From: an uncultured Bacteroidota bacterium
Lineage (GTDB): Bacteria; Bacteroidota; Bacteroidia; UKL13-3
DNA: 64,000 bases
Reading direction: 5' to 3'
Assembly: GCA_903850915.1 (NCBI GenBank)
Contig: CAINMV010000009.1
Coordinates: forward strand, 64,599-128,598
Both the position numbers and the translations under genes were made by a program. The notes beneath the pieces were generated by a model that made no database searches, was not told the DNA's origin, and worked only from the letters and a program-made list of their open reading frames with translations. Below, in pieces: positions 11,991 to 22,648 of this stretch (the first letter of the stretch is position 1; every line of letters begins with the position of its first letter).

Positions 11991-13127
11991 ATGAAAGTAG
12001 CATTAATTACAGGCGTTACAGGGCAAGACGGAGCCTATTTGTCAGAATTTCTTTTGAATAAAGGTTATATGGTTCATGGCATAAAGCGTCGTTCATCTCT
12101 AATTAACACCGACCGAATTGATCATTTGTATTTAGATCCTCACGAAAAAAATGTAAGATTCAAAATGCACTATGGCGACCTAACCGACAGTACGAACCTC
12201 ATACGTATAATTCAAGAGGTGCAGCCAGATGAGATTTACAATTTAGCAGCGATGAGCCATGTGCATGTTAGTTTTGAAACTCCTGAATATACTGCAAACG
12301 CTGATGGAATAGGCACACTAAGGATACTTGAGGCCGTTCGGATTTTAGGTTTGACAGCTAAAACACGTATTTATCAAGCTTCAACCTCTGAATTGTATGG
12401 CTTGGTTCAGGCTGTTCCTCAAAGTGAAACCACACCGTTTTACCCGCGAAGTCCTTATGCAGTGGCAAAAATTTATGGCTATTGGATTACGGTAAATTAC
12501 AGGGAAGCCTATGGAATGTATGCCTGCAATGGAATATTATTTAATCATGAGTCGCCAATACGAGGGGAGACTTTTGTTACACGGAAAATTACACGTGCAG
12601 CTGCCCGCATTGTTTTGGGCATGCAGGACAAGGTATATCTCGGAAACCTAAGCGCAAGACGTGACTGGGGTCATGCAAAAGACTATATTGAAGCGATGTA
12701 TTTGATTCTGCAGCAAGAAAAAGCAGAAGATTTTGTAATTGCGACTGGAATAACAACTCCGGTTCGAGAATTTATACGAATGGCGTTTCATGATATTGGT
12801 GTAACGGTAGATTTTAAAGGGGAAAATGAACACGAGGTAGGTGTGATAACATCCATCGACAGGGCTCGTTTGGAGTTTCTTGAGCTTCAGGATGCTCCTG
12901 TTAAATTGAATCAAGAGGTGGTGGCGGTAGATAAAAGATATTATCGCCCAACGGAAGTGGATTTGCTCGTTGGCGATCCAACAAAGGCCCAGACTAAGTT
13001 AGGATGGAAGCCGAAATATGATTTAAAAATGTTGGTGAACGATATGATGAAAGGTGATTTAAAGCTGATGAAGAAGGAGCTGTTTTTAAAAGAACATGGC
13101 TTTAAAACATTAAATTACTTTGAATAG
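11991..13127 (+). CDS. gmd: GDP-mannose 4,6-dehydratase
   Basis: [22 protein letters not shown]..., SDR extended family, 378 aa. Confidence 0.9.
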   Translation: MKVALITGVTGQDGAYLSEFLLNKGYMVHGIKRRSSLINTDRIDHLYLDPHEKNVRFKMHYGDLTDSTNLIRIIQEVQPDEIYNLAAMSHVHVSFETPEYTANADGIGTLRILEAVRILGLTAKTRIYQASTSELYGLVQAVPQSETTPFYPRSPYAVAKIYGYWITVNYREAYGMYACNGILFNHESPIRGETFVTRKITRAAARIVLGMQDKVYLGNLSARRDWGHAKDYIEAMYLILQQEKAEDFVIATGITTPVREFIRMAFHDIGVTVDFKGENEHEVGVITSIDRARLEFLELQDAPVKLNQEVVAVDKRYYRPTEVDLLVGDPTKAQTKLGWKPKYDLKMLVNDMMKGDLKLMKKELFLKEHGFKTLNYFE

Positions 13128-13130
13128 TTT

Positions 13131-14066
13131 TTGCGCGTAATGGAAAAAAACTCGAAAATTTATATTGCTGGTCATCGAGGGATGGTAGGAAGTGCTGTTC
13201 AACGCAAGTTGGAGTCGGAAGGATTTCACAATTTTGTTAGTCGCACATCCGCGGAACTCGACCTCCGTAATCAACATGCTGTTGCTGATTTTTTTAATTC
13301 TGAAAAGCCTGAGTACGTTTTTCTGGCTGCAGCAAAGGTGGGAGGTATTTTAGCGAATAATAGCTTTCGTGCCGATTTTATTTATGAGAATCTTATGATT
13401 GAATCGAATATCATCCATCAAAGCTATTTGCATGGAGTGAAGAAGCTTATGTTTTTTGGGTCATCATGTATATATCCGCGCATGGCACCTCAGCCAATTA
13501 AAGAAGAATACCTATTGTCTGGGTATCTCGAACATACCAATGAACCCTATGCGATTGCGAAAATTGCCGGAATAAAAATGTGTGATGCCTATCGAGATCA
13601 ATATCAATGTAATTTTATAAGTGTAATGCCAACGAACCTGTATGGTTTAAATGACAATTACCATCCAGAGAATTCTCATGTGATGCCTGCGCTAATTCGT
13701 CGAATACATGAAGCAAAGGAAAATAATTTTCCGGAGGTTTTAGTTTGGGGCAGTGGCTCTCCATTGCGTGAGTTTTTAAACGCAGATGACTTAGCTGACG
13801 CTTGTTTTTTACTTATGCAAAACTACAATGAAGCTGGACTTATTAACATCGGAAGTGGCGAGGATTTGAGTATTAAATCCTTGGCACTGTTAATTCAAGA
13901 AGTGATCGGATATAAAGGGGTATTGTCTTTTGATACAACTAAACCAGATGGGACACCTCGAAAATTGATGGACCATGCGCGTCTCGCTGACTTGGGCTGG
14001 AAACCAAAAATTTCACTCGCAGATGGTATTGCAATAGCCTATGCTGATTTTTTAAAGAAAAAATAA
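13131..14066 (+). CDS. fcl: GDP-L-fucose synthase (GDP-4-keto-6-deoxymannose 3,5-epimerase/4-reductase)
   Basis: [13 protein letters not shown]...[11 protein letters not shown]. Starts 4 bp after gmd stop (operon). Confidence 0.85.
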   Translation: MRVMEKNSKIYIAGHRGMVGSAVQRKLESEGFHNFVSRTSAELDLRNQHAVADFFNSEKPEYVFLAAAKVGGILANNSFRADFIYENLMIESNIIHQSYLHGVKKLMFFGSSCIYPRMAPQPIKEEYLLSGYLEHTNEPYAIAKIAGIKMCDAYRDQYQCNFISVMPTNLYGLNDNYHPENSHVMPALIRRIHEAKENNFPEVLVWGSGSPLREFLNADDLADACFLLMQNYNEAGLINIGSGEDLSIKSLALLIQEVIGYKGVLSFDTTKPDGTPRKLMDHARLADLGWKPKISLADGIAIAYADFLKKK

Positions 14067-14135
14067 TTCAAAGGAGAAACGTTGTTTTAATGTACATTAT
14101 CTTTAAGCTAACTCGTACTTACAAAACCCAATATT

Positions 14136-15290
14136 ATGAAATCTAAATTTTACCTGTTTTTCCTGTCTGCTTTTATTATTGCAGCCTGCTCCAGTGGCAA
14201 GAAAGCCTATAAACATGGCCAATACGATAATGCTGTTTATCAATCGGTAAATCGTTTGAAAAGCAAGCCATCACACCAAAAAGCAACAGCAATACTTCGT
14301 GATGCATATCCTATGGCGGTGCAGTACCATCAGGATAGAATTAAAACGATGCTTATAAGTAATGACAACGCTCGTTATGAAAATATCGTTACTGAATATC
14401 AGGCGCTAAATAATCTTTACGACCAAATTCAATTGTGCCCAGCGGCGAAAAAGCTTGTGATTACCCAACGCTATACTGCAGAGTTGAATGATGCAAAGGT
14501 TAAGGCTGCAGAGCTTCACTATGCGCTTGGTCAAAAGTACCTCGACAAAAAGAATAAGAACGACGCAAAGATTGCCTACAATGAGTTTGAAAGAGCATCA
14601 CAACTTATGCAAGGGAATTACAAGGATTGCGACGCAAAGATGAGAGAAGCAATGGATTGGGCAATAACGAAGGTTATCGTGTTGCCTGTTGAAGTTCATA
14701 GCAATAGCTTAAAAATGAGTAACGACTATTTCCAAAATAAAATAGTGCAGTATTTGTATGAACATAAGTTGAGTAAATTTGTTATGTTCTATAGTGAAGC
14801 AGAGGCAAATAATACTAAGATTCGAGTTGATGAAATATTAGATCTAAGCTTTGATGATTTTGTTGTAGGGCAATTAACTACAGATAGATTGCAACGCGAA
14901 GTGACCAACGATTCTGTTTTGGTTGGTGAAACGAAGGTGTCGCTTCCTGGTGCGAAAACAGATACTATAATTAAAGTTTATGGTAAAGCAAAAGCTACGC
15001 TTTTTGTTACTAAAAGAACTATTGAAAGTAAAGGTGTGCTCGACATGAAGATTATTGACAAATATTCAAATGCAGTTTTACAAGAAGAAAAGATGCCCGG
15101 TATTTACATTTGGACAAATCAGTTTGGATATTACCAAGGCGATGTAAAGGCTTTGAAGGCAGAAGATTTGGAACTAACTAAAGGTAAAGAATTACAGCCA
15201 CCTCCTCCACAGGATTTTTTTGTGGCATTCACACAGCCAATCTTTAATCAACTTATCGGAAGAATAACGCAACGTTATAGCGGGTATTAG
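14136..15290 (+). CDS. lipoprotein of unknown function
   Basis: Signal peptide with lipobox (FIIAACSS), 384 aa, no recognised domain. Sits immediately upstream of the MoxR module. Confidence 0.4.
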   Translation: MKSKFYLFFLSAFIIAACSSGKKAYKHGQYDNAVYQSVNRLKSKPSHQKATAILRDAYPMAVQYHQDRIKTMLISNDNARYENIVTEYQALNNLYDQIQLCPAAKKLVITQRYTAELNDAKVKAAELHYALGQKYLDKKNKNDAKIAYNEFERASQLMQGNYKDCDAKMREAMDWAITKVIVLPVEVHSNSLKMSNDYFQNKIVQYLYEHKLSKFVMFYSEAEANNTKIRVDEILDLSFDDFVVGQLTTDRLQREVTNDSVLVGETKVSLPGAKTDTIIKVYGKAKATLFVTKRTIESKGVLDMKIIDKYSNAVLQEEKMPGIYIWTNQFGYYQGDVKALKAEDLELTKGKELQPPPPQDFFVAFTQPIFNQLIGRITQRYSGY

Positions 15291-15402
15291 TGGAATCAGT
15301 AATTTTGCACAATTTGAAATCGCGTAGTTTTTTGTGGGTTTTATTAAGTTTATGGTTAAATTAACTCAATTAATTTAATTCGTTGGTCTATATTGCAATC
15401 TC

Positions 15403-16371
15403 ATGCGGGAAGCAGTTTTTTTAAAACAAAATCAAGAAAAATGGCAGTTGCTTGAGCAGCAGATGAATAATCATGAGGCGAGCGCCGATGAATTAGCAGA
15501 GCTATATATTAAAGTTACGGATGACTTAGCCTATGCTCGCACTTTTTATCCGGATAGTCAATCTTTGCAATATCTAAATTCCTTAGCTGTAAAAATACAC
15601 AGTAAAGTTTATCGAAATAAAAAAGAAAAGGTGAGCCGCTTAATTACTTTTTGGCAAAGTGAGTTGCCTGAAGTTATTTATCGTCATCGTTTTAAAATGT
15701 TGTTTTCCCTAGTTGTTTTTGTTTTAGCAACTGGTATTGGTGTTGTTAGCGCCGCGAATGACAATCAATTCGTGCGCTTGATTTTGGGTGATACCTATGT
15801 TGATATGACCATCAACAATATCAAAGAAGGGAAACCTATGGATGTTTATGGGCATACCAATGAAGGTGATATGTTTTTTTACATTGCATTTAATAATATT
15901 CAGGTGTCATTTATGCAGTTTGTAACAGGAATAACAGCTTGCGTTTATACCCTTATAATAGAAATGCAAAACGCAATTATGCTTGGCGCATTCCAGGTTT
16001 TCTTTTATAAATACAGGTTGCTTACAACATCAATTCTTGCCATTTGGATCCATGGCACATTAGAGATTTCGGCTATTATAATAGCCTGTGGCGCTGGCTT
16101 TGTCTTTGGTTCCGGACTTCTTTTTCCAGGCACTTATCGTCGTCGCGATTCTTTTTTGTCTGGCGCAAAAGATGGTATAAAGATTGTCATCGGCTTGGTA
16201 CCTATTTTTCTTTTTGCTGCCTTTTTGGAGAGCTTCATTACTCGACATTATCAGCTTTTGGCGTATTGGTCGTTGTCTTTTATTATACCTTCATTAGGTT
16301 TCGTAATTTGGTATTTTGTTTTTTATCCTTTTAAATTATATCATGGTGGAACAAAAAAAGAAATATATTGA
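15403..16371 (+). CDS. stage II sporulation protein M-like (DUF95) integral membrane protein
   Basis: N-terminus MREAVFLKQNQEKWQLLEQ...LAELYIKVTDDL typical of Bacteroidetes SpoIIM-family. Multiple TM helices in the C-terminal half. Confidence 0.6.
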   Translation: MREAVFLKQNQEKWQLLEQQMNNHEASADELAELYIKVTDDLAYARTFYPDSQSLQYLNSLAVKIHSKVYRNKKEKVSRLITFWQSELPEVIYRHRFKMLFSLVVFVLATGIGVVSAANDNQFVRLILGDTYVDMTINNIKEGKPMDVYGHTNEGDMFFYIAFNNIQVSFMQFVTGITACVYTLIIEMQNAIMLGAFQVFFYKYRLLTTSILAIWIHGTLEISAIIIACGAGFVFGSGLLFPGTYRRRDSFLSGAKDGIKIVIGLVPIFLFAAFLESFITRHYQLLAYWSLSFIIPSLGFVIWYFVFYPFKLYHGGTKKEIY

Positions 16372-17365
16372 GTTAAGGCAACAACGCGACTTTGGACAGA
16401 TCATAAGTACGACTTTTGATTTTTTATTTTCAAATTTCGCGAGTTTTTTTAAAACTGTTTTTGCTATTACAGGAGTTGCTTTTGTGCTTTCGATGGCAGT
16501 ACTTTCGCTTTGGATTTATAAGTTTTTTGGCTCATTATTACAGGGTACTCGAAACTATTCCCGTTATTCTGGCGCATCAAATTCCATTGAAAATATTTTA
16601 GATGGATATAATTTAGCGTATTTAATTGTTGGATTTGCGATCTTGTTGGTGGCTGTAATGCTTACTTATATAACCATTTATTGTTATATGAAAATATATG
16701 TTCGACTTGGCCGAATTGAAGAAATAAGTATTAGTCAGGTTTGGTTTGAAGTGAAAAGTAATTTCTTACGTTACTTAGCTGCCGGTTTCTTGTATTCTGT
16801 TTTCTTAATTGTGTTTTATGCAATTGTAATGTTTTCAATTACCTTAAGTGGTTTTGTTTTTACGTTTCTGATGTTTGGATTCATCGCCGTGGTCTATTAT
16901 TTTTATTTGTACTTCAACGTCGTAATTAATGAAGAAGAGATGCGTATTATTGATGCCTTTTCTCGTTCTTTTAATCTTGTGAAGGGTCATTGGTGGCTTA
17001 CTTTTGGAGTTTATTTCGTGTCTTATCTACTTTGCTATGTGGTAACTTTATTACTTGGCCTTGCTGCAACTGTAGCTGGTAGTGCAGCCTCTACCTTATT
17101 TGATATGCGAGATGTTCAATTTCTACTTTGGCCATTAGGTATAAGTGTCTCGGTACTAGGAGTGATATATGTTTATATGGTTTTTTGTTTTTTTATCATT
17201 AAAAACTGTGTGCTCTACTATAGCCTTGTTGAGTCAAAGGATAATACTGGACTACTGCAAAAAATACAAGCAATCTCGAATTCTACGAATGAAGGGAATA
17301 ATGAAGTGAAGATAGAGCGTAACAATCAACAATATTCTAATGACGAACCTGAAGAAGAATTTTAA
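16343..17365 (+). CDS. polytopic membrane protein, unknown function
   Basis: About 6-7 hydrophobic helices. Start probably MVEQKKK (16343), overlapping the upstream gene by ~29 bp. No RDD motif found. Confidence 0.45.
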   Translation: MVEQKKKYIELRQQRDFGQIISTTFDFLFSNFASFFKTVFAITGVAFVLSMAVLSLWIYKFFGSLLQGTRNYSRYSGASNSIENILDGYNLAYLIVGFAILLVAVMLTYITIYCYMKIYVRLGRIEEISISQVWFEVKSNFLRYLAAGFLYSVFLIVFYAIVMFSITLSGFVFTFLMFGFIAVVYYFYLYFNVVINEEEMRIIDAFSRSFNLVKGHWWLTFGVYFVSYLLCYVVTLLLGLAATVAGSAASTLFDMRDVQFLLWPLGISVSVLGVIYVYMVFCFFIIKNCVLYYSLVESKDNTGLLQKIQAISNSTNEGNNEVKIERNNQQYSNDEPEEEF

Positions 17366-18143
17366 GTTTTTTTTGTTCGTTTCCCTAGCCTTTCTTAGTC
17401 ATGGGCTATTTGCCTGGACTGTAGATACTTCCCTCTTGAGTTTTAATATTCTCGATTTGGACAGCGCTCATCAACGGCAAGATTTCGCTAGAATTGATTT
17501 TTGCAATTGTAACGGCAATCAATTTGCCCCGATGGTTGCTAGGAGGGATGTTAACATTAGCGTATTGGAAAAATTTAGGTCAAAGCCAGAATTTCAATAC
17601 GAGCGAACTATAAAAGATGAGGCGACTTCCTTTTGGTCGAGTTTCTGGTCGTGGTTGGCTAAGAAATTGTTTGGTAATATTTCTGAAGACAACACGAATG
17701 AATCGCGCAATTTTGTGTTTTGGTTAATCGGCATTTTCTTTACCATCCTTGTAAGCTATTGGCTATACAAAAGCGATTTTCTCGGTTCACCCATGCGCCG
17801 CACAGCTAAAATAGATCAAGGCCTTTTTGAAGAAATAGGCCGATCTGATGAGGATATTGAAAGTCAAATTATGAGTGCTCTTGTTCAACGTGATTATCCA
17901 CTTGCAATTCGATGGGTTTATATCAAATGTATTAAGAATCTTGCCGATGAAAATGAAATAGAAATACAGCAAAACAAAACCAATTACGATTATATACTAG
18001 AAATAAAAAGCTACGACCAACGTGTCTCCTTTTCCGAGCTTACCCGCTTATACGAATTCACGAACTATGGTCGCTTCACTACCAATGAAGACCATTATCA
18101 AAAGGCGCAATCAATTTCTAAAGCCATGTTAAATAAAAGATAA
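17340..18143 (+). CDS. DUF4129-like protein (N-terminal signal/TM, one internal TM, C-terminal alpha domain)
   Basis: 267 aa. Start overlaps the upstream gene by ~26 bp. Architecture and neighbourhood match DUF4129 partners of MoxR/DUF58. Confidence 0.45.
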   Translation: MTNLKKNFKFFLFVSLAFLSHGLFAWTVDTSLLSFNILDLDSAHQRQDFARIDFCNCNGNQFAPMVARRDVNISVLEKFRSKPEFQYERTIKDEATSFWSSFWSWLAKKLFGNISEDNTNESRNFVFWLIGIFFTILVSYWLYKSDFLGSPMRRTAKIDQGLFEEIGRSDEDIESQIMSALVQRDYPLAIRWVYIKCIKNLADENEIEIQQNKTNYDYILEIKSYDQRVSFSELTRLYEFTNYGRFTTNEDHYQKAQSISKAMLNKR

Positions 18144-19373
18144 ATGAAATCGAATAAGAAATTTCTTTTACTTATCGGTGCGGTGTTTTTGCTCCTTTTT
18201 TGGATTGAGTCGAGTCAACCTAAGCCCATCGATTGGAGCCCAGGTTTTAGTAAAGATGAAAAAAAGCCCTTAGGCGATTATCTGCTTTTTGAAATGTTGC
18301 CTGCGATATTTAATGGTCAAAACATTCAAAGTGTAAATAAAAACATTATTGACCAGCTTGATGAAGATAAACTTCAAAACTCCAAGGATATTAATTATAT
18401 CTTTGTTAATGATGTAGTTGATTTTAATGAATACGAAGCTACACGTCTATTAGATTTTGTGCAACAAGGGCATCATGTTTTTATCGCTTCATCTAGCTTT
18501 TCAGACACACTGCTTTCCTTGTTGGCTTTAAAACAGATGTCTATTTATGAGGGCGAAGCTTTTTTATATGCAACGTCTATTAAAGATTCCTTATTTCATT
18601 TTAACTTTTGTGATAATATAAAAACAATCGATACAGGGTATGCAATTTCTAAAGAATTCTCTTCTGTAAGTTATTACTTTGATTCGATACAAGGTCAGAA
18701 GAAAATGCTTGCTGCAGACACATTGCATCATTGCGTTTTGACAGAAATAAAATATGGTAAAGGCCATGTTATTTTATGCACTCTACCGCACGCCTTTACT
18801 AATTATTATATTTTAAAGCCAAGTAATCTTGATTTTATCCTTCAAACGCTAACACGAATGCCTTTGCAAACTGTTTGGTGGGACGAGCATTATAAATCAG
18901 GAAGAGCAAAAGATACACCATTACGTTATATCTTGGATAATAGTAGTTTGAAATGGGCCTATTATCTTATGTTAATTGGATTGATGCTTTTTGTTTTATT
19001 TATGGGTAAGCGCCGTCAACGTATTATCCCTCGTTTGGATCCCATGAAAAACACTTCATTAGAATTTGCAGAAACCATTGGACAGGTGTATTATGAGAAG
19101 GGAGACCACATCAATTTAGCACAAAAAAAAGTAAATTATTTCAAAGAGTACCTTCGTGCTAAATACATGCTTAATTTAACCCAATACCCTCATCGGAATT
19201 CAACTGATTTCCTTGTTAACTTAAGTAACAAAACAGGAAGGTCTGTTTCAGAGTTAAAGACGCTATTTGAATATATTTCCTACATTGAGAACACCTTAGA
19301 CATTAATGAAAAAGAATTAATATATCTAAATACACTTATTGAACGATTTAAATCACCCAGCAAAAGCAATTAA
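18144..19373 (+). CDS. DUF4350-like membrane-anchored protein
   Basis: 409 aa. N-terminal TM, second TM (YYLMLIGLMLFVLFMG). ATG directly abuts the upstream TAA. Family assignment is by architecture and context. Confidence 0.4.
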   Translation: MKSNKKFLLLIGAVFLLLFWIESSQPKPIDWSPGFSKDEKKPLGDYLLFEMLPAIFNGQNIQSVNKNIIDQLDEDKLQNSKDINYIFVNDVVDFNEYEATRLLDFVQQGHHVFIASSSFSDTLLSLLALKQMSIYEGEAFLYATSIKDSLFHFNFCDNIKTIDTGYAISKEFSSVSYYFDSIQGQKKMLAADTLHHCVLTEIKYGKGHVILCTLPHAFTNYYILKPSNLDFILQTLTRMPLQTVWWDEHYKSGRAKDTPLRYILDNSSLKWAYYLMLIGLMLFVLFMGKRRQRIIPRLDPMKNTSLEFAETIGQVYYEKGDHINLAQKKVNYFKEYLRAKYMLNLTQYPHRNSTDFLVNLSNKTGRSVSELKTLFEYISYIENTLDINEKELIYLNTLIERFKSPSKSN

Positions 19374-19387
19374 AAAGTAAATTATAT

Positions 19388-20362
19388 ATGACAAACGAAT
19401 TTAATTCTCGCATTGACTTGTCGCCACTTCATCAAGGCGTTCAGCGTTTACGAAGTGAGCTACAAAAAGTTGTAGTAGGCCAACATGCACTAATTGACAA
19501 TCTTATTGTAAGTGTTTTAAGTAATGGCCATGCACTTATCGAAGGTGTACCAGGTGTTGCTAAAACATTATCCGCTAAGTTGCTTGCACATAGTATTTCA
19601 TCGGGGTTTTCCCGCATCCAATTCACCCCCGATTTAATGCCATCAGATATTTTGGGTACCTCTGTTTTTAATCAAAAAACCACGGAATTTGAATTTAAAC
19701 AGGGACCTATTTTTTCTAATTTGATATTAATTGATGAGATCAATAGAGCTCCTGCTAAAACCCAAGCCGCACTTTTTGAGGTGATGGAAGAACGACAGAT
19801 AACGCTAGATGGAAGGCAATATAATATGCAGCTTCCTTTTTTGGTTTTTGCAACGCAAAATCCAATTGAACAAGAGGGCACCTATCGCTTGCCTGAAGCC
19901 CAGCTAGATCGTTTTATGATGAAGATTGAAGTGGCTTATCCTACAGATCAAGAAGAGCTTTTAATTTTAAAAAGTCATCACACGCGAACCAACAACAATC
20001 CTTTGGCAGGTATTGAGCGTGTTATTTCTGGACAGGAAGTTCTTGAATATCAGCATCTCGTTCGTCAAGTACATGCTGAAGAATCTTTACTGCAATATAT
20101 TACTGCGATAGTAACGCAAACTCGAAATTTTTCTGGTTTATATCTTGGAGCTTCACCAAGGGCATCTTTTTGGTTATTGCAGGCTGCCAAAGCAAAAGCC
20201 GCTATAGCAGGGCGCGATTTCATTACACCTGACGATGTTCAACATATGGCCTTTCCTGTCCTTCGGCACCGCATAATGCTTACTCCAGACAAAGAGATGG
20301 AGGGATCCAACACTAACGAGGTTATAAAACAGATTCTTGAAAAAATTGAGGTGCCTAGATAA
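19388..20362 (+). CDS. MoxR-family AAA+ ATPase
   Basis: Walker A GVPGVAKT, MoxR hallmark FSRIQFTPDLMPSDILG, Walker B LILIDEINRA, 324 aa. Confidence 0.9.
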   Translation: MTNEFNSRIDLSPLHQGVQRLRSELQKVVVGQHALIDNLIVSVLSNGHALIEGVPGVAKTLSAKLLAHSISSGFSRIQFTPDLMPSDILGTSVFNQKTTEFEFKQGPIFSNLILIDEINRAPAKTQAALFEVMEERQITLDGRQYNMQLPFLVFATQNPIEQEGTYRLPEAQLDRFMMKIEVAYPTDQEELLILKSHHTRTNNNPLAGIERVISGQEVLEYQHLVRQVHAEESLLQYITAIVTQTRNFSGLYLGASPRASFWLLQAAKAKAAIAGRDFITPDDVQHMAFPVLRHRIMLTPDKEMEGSNTNEVIKQILEKIEVPR

Positions 20363-21700
20363 ATGATACAGCGGTTTTTTTCTTCATTGTATTTGAGCTC
20401 CCGCTTTTTTATTGCGGTTGGAATTTTATCGACGTTTTTTCTAGGAAGTTACTTTTTTTCTGTGACATTTGTTTTGGTAAAAACGATATTTAATTTAATC
20501 ATATTGCTTTTTGCTATTGATATTTTAATGTTGTTTAAAACCTCACATGCAATAGATGCAAAAAGGATAGCATCAGATAAGCTATCCAATGGAGATGATA
20601 ATGCATTTACAATTGAGCTTTTTAATCGTTATCCATTTACTGTGATGGTACGAATTTATGATGAACTTCCTCCTCAATTTCAATTACGCGACAACTATTT
20701 TCAGCGCAATGCGCCTGCAAAAAGTACCATCTTTATTAATTATAGCCTCCGTCCATTAAAACGAGGTGTTTACAATTTCGGGGCATTGAATGTTTTTGCG
20801 CATACTTTTATTGGGCTCGCAGTAAGGCGTTACCGACTCGATAATGATAGGAATATGCCTGTGTATCCCTCATTTATTCAAATGCGCAAATACGAGTTTT
20901 TGGCGATTCACAATCGATTACAAATGGCTGGAATCAAGAAGATAAGGCGGCTAGGAAATAATCAAGAATTTGAGCAAATAAAAGAATATGTGCAAGGCGA
21001 TGATTATCGAACAATCAACTGGAAAGCTACTGCTAGAAAGGGTATGTTTATGGTTAACCAATATCAAGATGAACGTTCGCAGAATGTTTATTGCATCATC
21101 GATAAAGGACGAATGATGAAGATGCCTTTCGAAAAGCTTTCCTTGCTAGACTATAGTATTAATGCTGCATTGGCATTAAGTAATATCGCGATACGCAAGT
21201 CGGATAAGGCCGGTATAGTTACGTTTAATGAAAATAAAATTCAGGTTTTAAAAGCAGAAGGACGCAATAGTCAAATGATGAGAATCGCTGATTTGTTGTA
21301 TCAACAAAAAACCAGATATCTAGAAAGCAACTATGAAGCGCTTTATGTTCAAATGCGACATCTAATAAGTCATCGTAGTTTATGTTTGTTGTTCACCAAC
21401 TTCGAAAGTTATAGTAGTATGCAACGCAATCTAAAATCCCTGATAGGTATTTCCAAACATCATACTTTGGTCGTGGTTTTTTTTGAAAACACCGAAATAG
21501 AAAAGCTGCTAAAGGAACCGGCGCATACATCAGAGGATATTTACATTCAGACGATAGCGGAGAAGTTTGCCTACGAGAAGAAGCAAATCGTTTTGGAGCT
21601 TCAACTTCATGGTATTCATAGCATATTAACCGCACCGCAGCATCTAACCGTTAATACTGTTAATAAGTACTTGGAATTAAAATCACGTTGTGTGATTTAG
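20363..21700 (+). CDS. DUF58 domain protein (VWA-like MoxR partner)
   Basis: DUF58 hallmark EFEQIKEYVQGDDYRTINWKATAR, N-terminal TM helices, 445 aa. ATG abuts the MoxR stop. Confidence 0.85.
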   Translation: MIQRFFSSLYLSSRFFIAVGILSTFFLGSYFFSVTFVLVKTIFNLIILLFAIDILMLFKTSHAIDAKRIASDKLSNGDDNAFTIELFNRYPFTVMVRIYDELPPQFQLRDNYFQRNAPAKSTIFINYSLRPLKRGVYNFGALNVFAHTFIGLAVRRYRLDNDRNMPVYPSFIQMRKYEFLAIHNRLQMAGIKKIRRLGNNQEFEQIKEYVQGDDYRTINWKATARKGMFMVNQYQDERSQNVYCIIDKGRMMKMPFEKLSLLDYSINAALALSNIAIRKSDKAGIVTFNENKIQVLKAEGRNSQMMRIADLLYQQKTRYLESNYEALYVQMRHLISHRSLCLLFTNFESYSSMQRNLKSLIGISKHHTLVVVFFENTEIEKLLKEPAHTSEDIYIQTIAEKFAYEKKQIVLELQLHGIHSILTAPQHLTVNTVNKYLELKSRCVI

Positions 21701-21760
21701 CCGTTTTGTCTCAAAAATCCTTAATATTGGAACTATCAATATCTGTATTAATTTTGCACT

Positions 21761-22648
21761 ATGAAATATTTAAAAACCAAAGATAATTTTTTAAGCATTC
21801 CAGATGAGAAGCACTATAGTTACAAAGATTCAAAATATGTAATACAGCAGGTGCCTTATGAATACACATCAAGCTATTTGGCTGGAAGTGAGAAAGGACC
21901 AAAAGCGATTGTAGGTGCCTCTCAATTTGTTGAACTTTATGACGAAGAACTCGATCAGGAAAGCTATTTAAAAGGTGGTATCTGTACCCTTCCTCCATTA
22001 AACTTTAAACATAAAACCGATAAAAAAGCGGTTGATTATATCGCAGAGGAAACCGCGAAACTCCTTGATGACGGAAAGTTTGTGGTAAGCATTGGTGCAG
22101 AACATACAGTTACGGCTGGCTTTGTGCGACCATTCGCAAAGAAATATAAAAATTTAACCGTATTGCAAATTGATGCCCATAGCGACCTTCGTGAGAGTTA
22201 TCATAATAACAAATACTCTCATGCTAGTGCAATGGCACGTGTTCGCGATGAAAAGGTGAATTTGGTTCAAGTAGGTATTCGTGCACAGTGTATTGAGGAG
22301 AGTGAAGTTATAAAAAAATCCAAAGACATTCACACGTTTTACGCTCACCAAATCCGTGAAAATGCAAAATGGATTGAAGAGGTATTGAAAGCCTGCACCA
22401 AAGATGTTTATATTACCATCGATGCCGATGGTTTTGATCCAAGTGTAATCCCTGCAGTTGGAACTGCCGAGCCTAATGGCTTAATGTATAACGAAGGGGT
22501 GAATTTGTTGAAGAGGATTATTGCAACGAAGAATGTGGTTGGGTTTGACGTGGTGGAATGTGCTCCAATTAAAGGAAGTATATTAAGTGAATATACGCTT
22601 GCTAAGTTGATTTATAAAATGATAGGCTACATTACAATTAAGAAATGA
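21761..22648 (+). CDS. arginase-family hydrolase, agmatinase-like
   Basis: GAEHTV, IDAHSDLR, ITIDADGFDP metal-binding motifs of the ureohydrolase fold. Confidence 0.6.
   Translation: MKYLKTKDNFLSIPDEKHYSYKDSKYVIQQVPYEYTSSYLAGSEKGPKAIVGASQFVELYDEELDQESYLKGGICTLPPLNFKHKTDKKAVDYIAEETAKLLDDGKFVVSIGAEHTVTAGFVRPFAKKYKNLTVLQIDAHSDLRESYHNNKYSHASAMARVRDEKVNLVQVGIRAQCIEESEVIKKSKDIHTFYAHQIRENAKWIEEVLKACTKDVYITIDADGFDPSVIPAVGTAEPNGLMYNEGVNLLKRIIATKNVVGFDVVECAPIKGSILSEYTLAKLIYKMIGYITIKK

Noticed and set aside
16044-16334. 96-aa plus-strand ORF and 62-aa minus-strand ORF
   Set aside because: Internal alternative frames of the SpoIIM-like gene.
21749-21756. TAATTTTG match to the Bacteroidetes -7 promoter consensus TAnnTTTG before the agmatinase-like gene
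   Set aside because: It is only 5 bp from the ATG, implying a leaderless transcript. Plausible in Bacteroidota, but too weak to call from sequence alone.
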